Assembly (NCBI GenBank): GCA_036172245.1
Contig: JAYWIR010000031.1
Location: 1,798,001-1,862,000 of the forward strand
Length of the DNA: 64,000 bases
Source of the DNA: Raillietiella orientalis
Lineage: Eukaryota
Direction of reading: 5' to 3'
Part shown: positions 50,833 through 63,960 of the stretch, piece by piece
Layout: every line of letters starts with the position of its first letter
Numbering within the stretch: the first letter of the stretch is position 1
Position numbers and translations under genes: made by a program
Notes under the pieces: generated by a model
The model's input: only the letters and a program-made list of their open reading frames with translations
Database searches by the model: none
Told to the model about the DNA's origin: nothing

Positions 50833-51559
50833 AACCTCTCGCCATTCGGCCGGTTTCATCTCTGAGGTTCGGGCATTCCAACTTTCAAGTTCCATTTTTC
50901 TTTTGGGAGCCTTTTATTTACTTTTGCCCAACTGAGCGGCAGATTTTATTCCTCGTGTTGCGTCTGGACTTTCAGGTATTACATGGGGTTTCATGCATCA
51001 TCCGTTAAATGACCCAGTCTGTGTATCCAATAGACGTCTCTGCTGCATCAAATGGTTGAGGCAGGCATTGACATTCCTGATCATTTTCCACTTGCACATT
51101 CCATTTGATGAAATGCTGTTGCAGATCTGTGGGAGCGATTGAATCCCCGTATCTTTCGAGACTTTTTTTATGCTTAGTTGGTTCGGAAACGGAGCAGCAA
51201 CGATCGGCGTGGTGTGCATCTTCATTACCAGTCCTTCCATCCAAGCATTTAAGTGGTTCCTGTGAAGTTCGCTGTCGGTCCTGTAGTCATGGCCTTGGAT
51301 GGAGTTTACCACCCTCTTCGGGCTTCATCTCCAAGCGCCTGGATCCTGGAACAGATTTCTGGCACCGGAAAGGATACTCATTCGGGTCAGCCCTCCACCC
51401 TTTCTGGGCGGCAGCCACATTTAAGAGGACTCCGTGGAACCGGAAAAGAAACTTCGGACTTCTCAATGCTACTTTCCCCAGCATCCGAGACCGTTTCGAT
51501 CGGTCACGTCTTCATCTTTGAGATCCGGGAGGAGGAGGATGCTCCTGCAGCGTTGGTGA

Positions 51560-52330
51560 GCTGCCCTATCTCCGGGATCACTAGGCCCACCGGTCATCGG
51601 GAAACTGCTAGGCTGGCGAGCGATGCTACGCCGAAAGATTTGCAAGATACAGAAACGCTATCCACCTCTGCGGGCTAAAGGCTCGCAGAGGTGGATAGGG
51701 TTTCTAGGCATTTCCCGCGAAAACTTGAAGATCCCGGGATTCCTAGTGGGCGAACTCCACTATCGGCGGACCATCGCCTTGTTGGTACAACGGACCTTCT
51801 CCCGAAATGAGGAGTGCCGGCGCTCCTCATCGCAAGGGACGCTTCTGAGAGTGCTGCCGGAATGCGGGAAGCTGAGTCAGGGACGGGAGCGAGTCGCTGG
51901 GCGCTTCCGTTTTGCGGTATCGCCCCAGAAGACCTCTCTTAGAGAGGTGTACACGTCTTCAGGCTCGCCTTGCTGCTGGCGATGACTTGCCACGTAAGCT
52001 CAGCGTTGGCTGCCGCCATATATAACGAGAAGAAGAATGCGCGTGACAGACATCCCGGGAAGGGCACGTTGGCGATCGCCATCGCCTACACGCGAAGGGC
52101 GCCACACCACTCTCTTCCACCCCTCCTCTGCCCGACGCAGGCCTTCGGAAATCAAATGGAATCCGTGAGACCGGTCCATCTCATCCCCTATCTATTTATT
52201 TATTTATTGTCCCTGCCTCTACTCCCCCCTGCGAGGGCAGTCCCCATCGGTACGAGCCGACATATGCCGCCACTGGGCTGTAGGAATTTTTTGATTTATT
52301 TGTTCATTCTAAACAGATAGTCCGGCCGCG
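51560..52330 (+). mobile_element. Old, degenerate L1/Tx1 LINE 3' fragment
   Basis: RWIGFLGISRENLK (like RWGELLGIP..LK), decayed zinc finger LLRVLPECGKL, pyrimidine-rich 3' UTR. Confidence 0.55.
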
Positions 52331-53229
52331 TGGGATGAAAAGGGAAATCCATCCTGTAGCTTCAGAACATCTCCCGGGAGCGCTGTATCTTGCAGAAAAC
52401 TCTTTCTTTCCTGATGTGCTCGATTCGCCTTTTCCGGATTTTCAGTTGTTTTCTTGAGACCTCGTTCCCTGGGTTCCAAGCTCCGGGAGCCTCACAACAG
52501 TGGCTCTTCTTGATGTAAACAGTCCTTTACTGGGGTCGCGCCGAACCATACTTTAGCGTTTTCCGGGGCCTTTCCCTTAGGGCGGGAAATCGCCTTCCAA
52601 CGGGCAGGCGTCGTATGTGCTGTTCGGGTAGAGGGCGTCGGATTGAGACCAAGGAACGAAAGGAACCCCCTGCAGCCGAGGAGCAGGTGGAAAATTCCAT
52701 CCGCACTTGGAGCAGGGAACTTTCTGGAGCTTTGAGAGTTCATACAAGGAAGGTCATTTTCGTTTGCATGTGCACCACGAAGTGAAACCGAAAGTGGACG
52801 AAAGTTTGAGAAACGTTCGCGACTGGTTTTGGACGTTGGCTGGGGTCGGAACTAGTCAAGTGTGTGTGATTCAAACAAAAAAGCTCTCTCTCGGAAAAAA
52901 AAAAAAAAAATCGACGGAAGATGAAAGTGCTCTTTTCATCATGAAGAGATGCTCCCGAAAACACAGCGCCTAGACTTGACAGCATGTCGGAAACACCAAG
53001 AGATGCAACGTGCACTTGTGCACCGAGCATTTTCTCTAGCAACTTAAAAATCCACTCTGTCCATTCGGCTCGTGAGGAATGGGCGATCCTCTTCTCTCGG
53101 AATCACCCCGAACATTTCATCTACCCACCAACGCTTCTGAACGCTCTTTACAGTTGATGACACGTGCCGAGCAGGAGCTGGTGCGGTGGATGGCTTCTTC
53201 CTCAAACCAAACTCTACCAGATGTTTCCG

Positions 53230-54008
53230 TGAAACCTGGTTTCTCGCTCCCGTTTCAGGCTTTCCTTTTCCTGCAAATTCAAGCACTTAAGAACTGCCTT
53301 TTGCCTGGAGGTCCACGGAGCACTTTAAGACTGTCCATGCCACCCTGGGATGCATGTCAACTCTTCAAAATAGGAGGCACCCAGGAGGGGACCACCCTAT
53401 AAATCCAGGAAGGGCACCGCGGAGAGGAAAGTCCATTCCTCTCACATTTGGGGAGAGCCCAGAAGGGAACCCTCCACTCTGGTTACCTCCGAAAGGAACC
53501 TCTTTTTCGTTCTCTCCGGAATGGCCACTCCATTATTTCTTCTCCCAAGGGAACCCGGAAAGGATCGGCTCCTGAAATTTCTTCTCGGGAGAGAACCCGC
53601 AATGCAACCCGCTCCTTGTTCCCTCCTCCTCTAAAGAAAACCCTGGAGGGACGCTTGCAAATTTCTGTGAAGGGCGCTCTTCGAAGGGAGCAGCACACTT
53701 CTTGACCCTCTGGAGAGAGAACCCCCTGAGGGAAGTGTCAACTAGCTCCAAGGCAAGAGATGGAGGGTCCCCCAATAGCGGAGATGACTCCTTTTCACAA
53801 TCGGCGGCAAACCCCGGGGGCAACCCACTCCTTTAATTCCTGAAAGGACCCCTAAGGGTCAACTTCCAGTCCCGGCCACTCAACGGGGGCATCCGGTTTT
53901 CGGTTTCCACCGGTGCTGCACCCGAAGCCCGTGGGCCAACCAACGTCATCTTGCGGGAGGAACTCGAAACCCACGACGCTCCACCTCCCCATTTCTCGGC
54001 CTTGATCC
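53230..54008 (-). repeat. SINE-like repeat lacking its tRNA head, fused to a LINE 3' end
   Basis: Body matches the other copies from just after the B-box. Confidence 0.75.
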
Positions 54009-54016
54009 TTTATTTT

Positions 54017-54661
54017 CACCCGGTCACGCCGTGGAGTTCCTTGGAAAAAAAATATTTACAAAAAAACAAATCAAATAAGATACAAAATGCCCGTCTTCGT
54101 AGTGGCTTTACATGATCACGAAGAAGGGAAAAACCGCCTCGGAGGCGCTGCTTCGCGCGAACAGCTCCATCGGTGGGGCCCGCACACGAGGCGTGGGGGG
54201 AGGGGTAAACTAAAACAAAAGAAAAAAACAAACACAACAGTTCAGTTCGAAATTTGTGTTGGAAAGACCACAGATTTCTTCCTGGAGTCCACAGCATCCT
54301 CTGCAGGATGTCGACAACTTCCTCCTTCTGTTGGCCATCTTATCGTCTTCCTCGTGAAGGAGCACACAATTGCCATGACCTCCACTCGCCTCTTTTTGCG
54401 CAACCGCGATCCCACGAGGGCAGCACGGAGCTACAAGAGAAGCTGCAGGCGACATCCAGTCGCGAGAGAAGAGGCGCCATCCATAGGGAGTGGAAGGACC
54501 GCAGCGGAGCGTTCCCAGCACTCAGGAGAGCAACGACACAATCCAGTAAGAGGTGCGGGAACGTTTCCCGTTCTCCTCACCTGGCACACTCTGGGGCTAC
54601 GCTCCTCCTCGTTCACTGGTGGACTCGTGTGCTGCGTGGGATCACCCGGTGCAAGGACTGC
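54017..54661 (-). mobile_element. L1/Tx1 LINE 3' fragment
   Basis: Terminal CACCCGGTCACGCCG at 54017; zinc-finger region CARxGERETFPHL. 53822-54661 is near-identical to 62561-63400. Confidence 0.85.
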
Positions 54662-57584
54662 CATGTTGCTCCTTCATGAAGAAGGCGACAAGATGGCCAC
54701 ATCTCTGCCAACAAAAGAAGGAAGTTGCATCGATCCTTTGCGAGTATTCGAACCCGTAGTGCTTAGGTCACACGGCCTCCGGCTCAGACTGGTTTTCCTG
54801 AGGAAATTTCCTACCGTTCTTTCCGATCCTTCAAACAGCGTCGAGACGATCAAGAGAATCCCAGTCACCTCGACGAACCGAGGATTTGGGTGGCGGAGGG
54901 AGAGTTTCGCGCTGCTGGAGGCGTAGATGCGAAAAGAAGAGCCGGGTTGACCGACGTGCACGAAAAGAACGTTTCAGATTCTATCTTAATTTGATGATTC
55001 TGTGGGAGGAGAATCGCCTGCACCACTTAATCCTTCAACGGAAGCTGAGAATTTCGTCACTGGAGCTTCCGAGAGAGAATCTGAGAACGTTATCTCCTCC
55101 ATGAAATCTGGAGGAAATCTGTAGAGTAGAGAAATCTACTTCCTCACTTGCCATTCCAAAGAAGCCGTGCACACGTGATGAGATGAAGCAACTTTCTGCG
55201 ACGACGCGATCTGCCTATCAGAAAGCTATGCATTTTCGACTGATCCCGGGGTGTCCACCGGGATGTGGAGAATCCAGAACTCTTTCCCATCACTCAAACT
55301 AAGGATGAGCACTTGACCTTCGTTTTCCAAACATGGATGGGTCCAAACATGGGAAGACAATTCAAAGGCAACAGAAGGAAAAGGACGTTGTATTTATTCT
55401 CTCGTGGTAACCCGCTAAAGAAGGATCGTTTGAGAACATAAGCTTCCTGATGACTGCAATTACTGCAACCTTTATGTGAAACAAGTGGAAGGGCTACAGA
55501 TTCTGTAGACGGCACGGGAAGAATTGCCTTTTAAGGGACATTTAGATCGAAAATCATTTGGAAATGCTTCCTTGAAAAGAAACACCAATACGTTTTCTCG
55601 GTGCCTCTTCAGCATTCTTTTCTATGATCCCTATCAATGGAATTACCGAAACCCTCGAGTGCTTTTTGAATGCGATTGCTTTGGAGAATCCATTCTTCCT
55701 CTTCATACGAAGCTCAGCATGCTTAGGATCCACTCCTTTGCCAGCTATGGTTATTATTCTCAGTAAGGTTGAGTTGCTGCCAGATCAAAGGAGCAGAAGG
55801 ACCTCCGTTCCGTGCAGGATATCTTGGAATTGAATCTTTAAAATGAAGAAATGTCGAACAGACAGCTTTCCCAGATGAAACTCGTGAGGACAGAAAAGCA
55901 CACGGACTGAAGGCCAAGAAGGTGCCCACATTTTTTAAAAGACGGCACTTCTTTGCGTCGAGAGACCCCAGACACAGAAGGAACCATTGCTTAACGAAGG
56001 CTCCTCAACAGACAAAAATAAACTTAGGAATGACACGAAAAGGCAGAAAGATGGAAAACACCGAATGATTATTTTTTATACTCATTTAACCCTTTTCTCC
56101 TCCCCCCCCCTACTGCCTGGGTTGGGGTATTTTTGAGGGGAGGGACTAAAAGTTGTGCCCCGAACCTCTGTATCCGTACAGCTCACCGCCCACGCACATA
56201 TATGGGAAAATTTCCGTTCAACAAGTTTTGAGGGATGGACACCAGCTACCCAGATGTCAGTTTCCCCAGTGCTGCAGAGAGGTACTCAGTGCTTTCAACC
56301 CACAAGTTCAAACGGACACCGAACCGGGAACCACATCCAAACTGTCCATGGAGCTGATCATTTCGGCGCTATGACGACTGCTTCTCATATCACCTCCTAG
56401 CGGAAGCAGCGCACGTTCGATCTTTCTTGCACTGATGCGCTTCTTATAACGACTACAGAGCGAGGTTTCCCGGTCGTGGAAGACGCTTTTCAAACCAGAG
56501 GCATAGGAACAGTTGCAGCACGTCTGCTTTCAAAACGCACTTCCAATATATCAAAGTTTTCCGAGACAGCAGCATGATTTAAACTCTGACCAAAGTTCAG
56601 GAGAGAATAAGTTTGCATGAATTATTCTCAGAAATCTTCATTCCCTGATTTCCCTTAGTAATGTAAACCAAAACTCATCAGGAACAGATTTCGAGAAGCA
56701 CCACCCTGCTTGTGTGGAGCATTCGACTCCGACCTAAAACAAGGTGGTCCGACGCACTTCTATAACTCAAATACGAAAGGTGTTTCTCGCCGAAAAATCT
56801 TCGCCATGGTGATAGCGTCTCCAGAAGGAGTTGTCTACGCTGATGCTGGAAGACGAAAAGCTCATCCGATCTTCTTAAAGGAGTTTGGGGAACAGCTTCC
56901 CCTCCCCCCCTTCCTCTTGGGTCTTCCCCTAGCTTCGCTTCTCAATTGAAAAATCTTGGGGTAAATGGACTCTTTAGCGATTCCAGAATCTCCCTTCCGT
57001 CATCCCTAGGCAACCTGTCCAATATTTTCTAAGGCCGAGATGTACTAGAGGATTTTGTTCACTTCTTCACGTTTCCTTTGGGCCCTCACACTTCATTAGC
57101 CAGCTGCAACCAGCTGATGACACGAGGGAGTGGAGGAGGCGTTTTCACAAGCGTTCGATTCACTGCCTAAGTCACCACGATCCAAAAGTGACTTATTAGA
57201 TTTACACGCTGGTATCTGGAATTTCTGAATTGCTGAACCATCCTTTGGGGGAGGACCTGCATGCGCACGTGCACGGTTCACGTGATTCCTAGATGTCGTG
57301 ATGTCTTTCTGTGAGAGACTTCGATTACGCCTTCCAAATCCGTGCATTTCAGTTACCACAGATACGACCGAAGTCCGTACAGTTCAACTTTCAGCATGAT
57401 TTTCAAGTTATCTTGCCTCTCCGTTGTGAGGACACGCTAAACTGCCCTTTGAGGCGAGTTAAGTTGATACATCTGGGAGCATCGCTTCCAGTGGAGCTGC
57501 AAGTGCAGCCGAACTCTGTTCCTCTTCCATGAGTAACATAAGAGACCCCCCCACTTTCTAAATCTCACCGTGATCTCATCATGA

Positions 57585-58880
57585 GCGAGCGTGGGGTTCC
57601 AGTTTTCCCCGCAAGACGGCGCTGGCTGCCTATTAGGGCGCTGCGGCACTGGTTGACACCCACTCTCGCCGGGGCGTTTCTTTATAAAGAAGAAACACAA
57701 ATGTTTGTGACAGGACGTTTGATCCTGCCACGTTACCTATAGCTAGCGAGAAGGAACCTGCCAGGAACTGGCACGCAGGCCGGCGAGATTCGCCTCGGCA
57801 GAAGAGGGGGAGGAGGACAAACAAACAAAAAATGAAATAAAACAAAAAACATACAGTCAAAAAAATGAGGGGTTCAAGAAGAAATTACCGTGTGCTGGAG
57901 GGTGTCTTCTGTATCCTTGTGAGGATGCCGACAAGTTTCAAGACTCCCAGATGTTTCAAGACTGTTTTAAGACTCCCATCTTCATGCTGTCCTCATGAAG
58001 AGTACAGAAGAATAGATGGCATCCCTGTCGTTCTGCCCCCTCTGGCTCTGCTCCATGCAGCCACGGTCCCTCCGCGTGGGCAGCAAACGTGCTGCTGGGG
58101 ATGCGGCCGGCATGACGGCGTTTCCATTGCCTCCGGGGGTTCCAAGGGTCGTGGCTAAGCGCCCCCAAAGGGACCGGTGGGCAACCCAGTCCACTAGGAG
58201 GTGTGGGAGGGATTCCTGCTCCCCACACCTTGCACAGTTTGAGTCCACACATCCCGTGTCCATTGATGCCGGTGGGTAATGGTGGAAGCAGGAAACCGTA
58301 TGTCTCCATGGACTGGCATGTGCTGGAAGTTGACCCTGAGGAGTCCTTCCAGGAATGAATGAGTCCTTTGGGGTTCCCCTCTGGCTGACAATGGAGCCGT
58401 TCCATGGAGCTGGTTGATAACTGGTTGAGCTGGAGAGGCAACCCCCTCGGGGGATTGCCTCTCCAGTGCCTAGGAAGTGCGTTGCACCCTCCGGAGAGCG
58501 ACCCTTCAGAGTCGAAGCACCCCTCCCAGGTTTTCTTCAGAAGACTAACAAAAAGAGGATCCTTCCTGGGTTCTTTTCGAAGAAATAATGGGGTGGCTCT
58601 CCGGAGAAAATATGGAAGAGGTTCCCTTCGAAATTCCCTCCCAAGAACAAGGGGAAAAGAGTTCTCCCTTCAAAACCTTACTGGATTCATAGAGAGGTTC
58701 CTACGGAGTTGTCCTAGTTTGAAGAGTTAACACGTACTTTCTGGTGGCGCGGACAGTCTTTAAGAGCTTTGTAAGACCTCTCTATCGAGACCAACGGTTC
58801 TTCAGCACGTAAAGAACCAAAAAAAAAAAACTGGAAGGAAAGCAGCAAAACCAGGAGAACCCAAAGGTTTCCATCATGCA
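57585..58880 (+). repeat. SINE-like repeat interrupted by an antisense LINE fragment
   Basis: SINE sequence to 57653 and from 58271 onward, including the A-rich tail region at about 58819. Confidence 0.75.
57654..58270 (-). mobile_element. 5'-truncated L1/Tx1 LINE inserted in the SINE
   Basis: CARCGEQESLPHLLVD...DRDAIYSSVLFMRTA; 3' UTR similar to that of the 47213 copy. Confidence 0.9.
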
Positions 58881-59149
58881 CTGTCCAACCGAGATTCCCC
58901 CCAATGTCCGTCGAAACTGTCCAGCCAAAACAAGAGCCCGCAATGCCGCTTGTCTGAGGGGCGATGTTCACACGCTGGGATCTGAGAAGTAGCCTAAAAT
59001 CCTTCAGCATCTCTGCAAGGGGGAGTTTTCCCACACGACTGATGGCACTGTTGATTGGGCTTTCTACGGAAATCCACATTTTTCCCAGCGATCTTTCCGC
59101 CAAGCAGTCGTGTTTAGTGGACGGCGGGATACCCACCCGTGTTCCTCCA

Positions 59150-59560
59150 GCAGCAGCGCGATCGGGCAAAGAAGGTGGCACCATCCTCCGCCGTTCCTGA
59201 GGTCGCTTGAGAAGCTGTACGCAAATCCCTCGCAATTTACTGCATCCCTCATGAGAATTTGAGATGGGAGACACCGGCGAGCGTTCCCTATCTACGCCAT
59301 GATGTCAAACCTCCGGAACGATGCCTGCATCTGCATCCACCCGGCGGAGGATGACTTCGGATCCTTGTTCTTCGCGAGAGGGGGCGGTGGTGGTGGTCAA
59401 GTCTCGAGAGTGTAAGCAACCCGCGAACAGGAAACTCACGATCTTGTACGGTGACGGAAAGGTTGTATACCCTGACATTCACCTCCGGCATCTCGGGCAC
59501 GTCCCCCTCCCAGAAATGTCCACCGACCATTCACCGTTTGTGGATAAGAGGGTGCGTCCT
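59150..59560 (-). mobile_element. Tx1/L1-type ORF1 relic
   Basis: VNVRVYNLSVTVQDRE (RRM-like start of ORF1) and LPSQILM downstream. Confidence 0.45.
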
Positions 59561-61109
59561 TCCTTGAGAGAGCATGAAATCGGCTTCCTCGAGAGGAGCC
59601 GATTTCATGCTCCTGCCCAGCGACTACGGACCCGCAGTCCGTAGTCGGGCAGGACTGCTCGGTACCTTCCGGAGCTGCGGCGAGCAGCTCAAAGCACAAC
59701 GGTGGAAGGTGCCCCGTTGATTTCAAGGAAGAAACTGGCTCGCGAAACTCGTGCTTCCCCCTGTGAGAAAAAACGGACACGTAGACAGGGATCCCTATGA
59801 GACAGCATGAAATCAAATCTCCCGATGCACCGATACAAAAAACAGGGGGAGGGGGGTCGTGAGCTTCAAATAGTCAACCCTTCGTTCCCCATTTCGGAAA
59901 GGAAAGGAGTCGGAATTCAGAAGTATCCCAATGGAAAGCATCGGAAAGCGGGCTCACTTGTCTGAGGGCTGATCTCGGAATCTAGTGGCAAAGAGAAAGC
60001 AGTCCGTAGAAAAGAAAAATTTCCAGAGACTTCCATAGGAACGAGAGACAAAGTGATGTGAAGGGAAAGAAAGGAATATACCTTTTTTTCCGAAAGAACT
60101 CCAATGGAGTTTGGCTGCTTCAGCGACGCAAAATCGAGACCACGACGAAGAACACGAATGGGCAAATGCCGGAAACTCACTCGAGATTTGCACTCTCGGA
60201 TTATCTGCTGTGTATTCCTGGGAGAGCAGCATCTGCCTCTCTTCAAGAAGACACAGCCAGTAGTCGTGGCAACGGTCACAAGCGGGTGAGCCGAGAGACC
60301 CGCAACAACATGGAACCAGGGCCATGGTTTCAATTTGAAGGACTCCTCTTGAACCCTTCAGACCAGAAACTGCGAGGAAGCTCTCAGGAGAAGAAGAGAG
60401 TAAAGTCTATCAGGGATTGGTAGAAGACTCTTCCGAGAACTCCTTTCGGATGTCGCCCAGTTCCTTCCGAGAGATAGTCCTTGAATAAAAAGTTCTTCGT
60501 CCCACAGGCCGAAGGCCTGTCGATCTCCATGGGATGGCTTCACGGATTGGGTGATGAGCAGCACGGTAAGGCTTCATCCACACTCTGGGATAGGCTTCAT
60601 CCACAGCAGGAATGTTCGCCGGCAACCATCGTCTACAGCCACTCACCGATTAGCGAAAAAGAAAGGCAAACTCTCGGTGGAATAGGGTTCAAAACGCGAT
60701 GAGTGCCAATTTTTGCTGCTGATCAGCTGTTACGTCTTTACGCGAAAGCGGAAGTCATGTATAATCAAGTGGAAAAGCGCGGTGCAACGCGCAGTACTTC
60801 CCCAAGGGTTACAGCAGCGTTTCCAGGCAACGACACACGCAAGGTTCAGATGAAACACTTTGTGAATCCTGGTCTTTGCATAATCTTGAGCTTCAGGCTG
60901 CGTTCTTAGTATTCCTTTAACACACGGTAGCCTTTGGAGATGAATGGGAGTATGATGTAGGCAGTTTCTTCAATAAGGGAATTCTAAAACTAACTAGGAA
61001 ATAGGTATGGACCTATTAAAAGGCCGTCTATCCTTGGTATTTTATTTCACACTGCTTTCACGATGAAATCGATTGAGCAGTTCAGATTAATTCACTTACA
61101 CAGTGCACG

Positions 61110-61480
61110 ATGAGGATCTCCGCATTCCCCACTCTAGGGACAACGAAGGGACTGTCGGTTTCCTGGGTGGAAACCACAACAAAATGCTGTTTCCCAGGAG
61201 ACTGCACGGAAAAGTCATTAAAGATCATCAAAATAGAATCATCAAAAAGCATGATCGGTTTACAATTCTTTCCTTCCTTTTCTTTCGGCTGTCATATTTC
61301 CTGCTACTCCTTGCCTCCCTTTGAATGAAGCACCGCAGATCCTTCAGACGTCCCATGCGATGGTTTGGGGAGAAGACTTTTGCTTGTCCCACAATTTCTC
61401 CTCTTCAAACTCCGCAGCATCATTTCTGCTCGCTGCTGGGGTATCATTCCGCCTGTGATGCACGGCTCATATTTCATTCG
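61110..61480 (-). mobile_element. Highly degenerate mariner-like transposase relic
   Basis: IPQQRAEM (like LTPxQxxxR), IAWDV (like IVTGDE) and ILMIF (like KxMxxVF) in the expected order. Confidence 0.35.
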
Positions 61481-61612
61481 ATTTCTTCTTATAAAGCTCC
61501 GACTGACCATTTTGCTGTTGGAAAGCCTTTTGGGTGTGTGTGGGGGGGGGTTAACGAAAAGACCAGTAGCGACCTCGGGTGGAGATCGTTACTACCGGAA
61601 AAGGATGATTAT

Positions 61613-61995
61613 CACCCAGTTGTGCCGGGACATTCACTACTTAAAGGAATAAAAACACATTTTTGTGGTAGAACCAACGGTTCTACCATGCGCAATGAAC
61701 CTGCCGAAGAGCGGTACGGAGGCCGGCGAGGTCCGCTCAGGTTGCGTGGGGGAAGGGAAAACAAAACACAAAAAAATGAACAAACAAAACGGGGAGAGGG
61801 AATTTATATACGGGGATGGGGGAATCGAAGAAGGGATCTCGGTACGCTGCCAGGAGTCCTCTGCATCCTGTTCAGGATGCCGGCAAGTTCCGTCCGGATA
61901 GTGCCCGCGTGGGGCCATCTCGAAGCGGTCCTCAGGAAAATCCGAGCCTAGGGGATGGCGTCCCTGCCATTCTGGCCTCTTCCTCTCGCGTTGGC
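61613..61995 (-). mobile_element. Short L1/Tx1 LINE 3' fragment
   Basis: FLRTASRWPH in a minus frame; terminal hairpin variant CCCGG-CACAA-CTGGG. Confidence 0.8.
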
Positions 61996-61999
61996 TTAG

Positions 62000-62747
62000 G
62001 ATGATGGAAATCTTTCAGGACTCTTCTGTTTTGCTGTTTTCCTTCCAGCTTTTTTTTTTTTGGTTCGCTAAGTACTCAAGAACTGTTCGCCTAGGAGCTC
62101 ACGAGACCCTTTAACTCGAGGTCCATGCTACCCGAGGCTGCGTGTAACTTTTCCAGTTAAAGGACAGCCCCTTAGGGATCACTCTATAAATCCAGGAAGG
62201 CGCCGGAGGAAGGAATGCGTTCTTCTTACGGTTGGAAGAGAACCCCGAAGGCAACCCTCGTCATGGTTGTCTCCGAAGGGAACCCCGTAGAGAACCTCTT
62301 CCTTATTACCTCCAGGGGGATCGCTCCCCATTTTTCCTACAAAGGAAATCCGGAAAGAATTCTCTCCTGGAATTTCTGATCCACAGGATCCCCGCAAGGG
62401 AATTTCTACTTATTTTTTCCTCCCGTGAAGAGAACCCTAAAGGGACGCTTACAAATTTCTCTAAAAGACGCTTCCTCGAAGGGAGCAGAGCACTTGACAC
62501 TCTGGAGAGGTATCAATCCACTCTGGAGGCATCCATGGTAGTAGATGGACAGTCAAAGAGAACCCACTCCTTTAATTCCTGAAAGGACCCCTAAGGGTCA
62601 ACTTCCAGTCCCGGCCACTCAACGGGGGCATCCGGTTTTCGGTTTCCACCGGTGCTGCACCCGAAGCCCGTGGGCCAACCAACGTCATCTTGCGGGAGGA
62701 ACTCGAAACCCACGACGCTCCACCTCCCCATTTCTCGGCCTTGATCC
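62000..62747 (-). repeat. SINE-like repeat lacking its tRNA head
   Basis: Body and T-run tail correspond to the reverse complement of 58271-58880. Confidence 0.75.
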
Positions 62748-62755
62748 TTTATTTT

Positions 62756-63960
62756 CACCCGGTCACGCCGTGGAGTTCCTTGGAAAAAAAATATTTACAA
62801 AAAAACAAATCAAATAAGATACAAAATGCCCGTCTTCGTAGTGGCTTTACATGATCACGAAGAAGGGAAAAACCGCCTCGGAGGCGCTGCTTCGCGCGAA
62901 CAGCTCCATCGGTGGGGCCCGCACACGAGGCGTGGGGGGAGGGGTAAACTAAAACAAAAGAAAAAAACAAACACAACAGTTCAGTTCGAAATTTGTGTTG
63001 GAAAGACCACAGATTTCTTCCTGGAGTCCACAGCATCCTCTGCAGGATGTCGACAACTTCCTCCTTCTGTTGGCCATCTTATCGTCTTCCTCGTGAAGGA
63101 GCACACAATTGCCATGACCTCCACTCGCCTCTTTTTGCGCAACCGCGATCCCACGAGGGCAGCACGGAGCTACAAGAGAAGCTGCAGGCGACATCCAGTC
63201 GCGAGAGAAGAGGCGCCATCCATAGGGAGTGGAAGGACCGCAGCGGAGCGTTCCCAGCACTCAGGAGAGCAACGACACAATCCAGTAAGAGGTGCGGGAA
63301 CGTTTCCCGTTCTCCTCACCTGGCACACTCTGGGGCTACGCTCCTCCTCGTCCACTGGTGGACTCGTGTGCTGCGTGGGATCACCCGGTGCAAGGACTGC
63401 GATGCCCAGTCCTGTCCCTTCAGGGGAAGCGTGAAGCCGTCCAGAAACACTGGCAGAGTCTGTACCTCTTCTAAGGGAATATCCAGAAGCTCCGTCGAGC
63501 GGAGAATTCCTCTGGGGTGGGCGGCGGGGGTGCATGCATCACCCAGTTGAATCGCCGTCCAGCATTCCAGCTGCCTCTTCTCGCCCGCGATCTCGCAGGC
63601 TACTTTCATCTCGCGAGGCCATCGCTACGTCCACCTCGTTGGATGGTGATGAGCGTGGCTGCAAGTGGGGTGCCTTGCGCTCAGGTGGCCTTCCTTGGGT
63701 AGTCCATGATTTCCTGCAGCGAGCGTAGTTGGAGGATCGCAGGCATGGCGATGGCTCGTGCTGTTTCTTTTCGCCCACGCCTGAACAGCTCCCTGTTTCC
63801 AGGCACTGCGGTTGGCGTGGCTGCGCGAAATCCACCTATCAACCTGGACCAAGGCAGCCATTTTCCGGTGTTGGTACTCTCATCGGGGCAGCTCTCGCTG
63901 GCCATGCACGAGGAACGTACCGAGTTCCTCGCCGCCGGCTGCTCGCTTGGCGAAGAGTTT
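62756..63960 (-). mobile_element. L1/Tx1 LINE 3' portion
   Basis: ELLDIPLEEVQTLPVFLDGFTLPLKGQD, SAWKQGAVQAWA; terminal motif at 62756. Confidence 0.85.

Noticed and set aside
53992..54003. TTCTCGGCCTT resembling the U2 5' end (also at about 62732)
   Set aside because: Only 11 nt, and explained as part of the SINE body.
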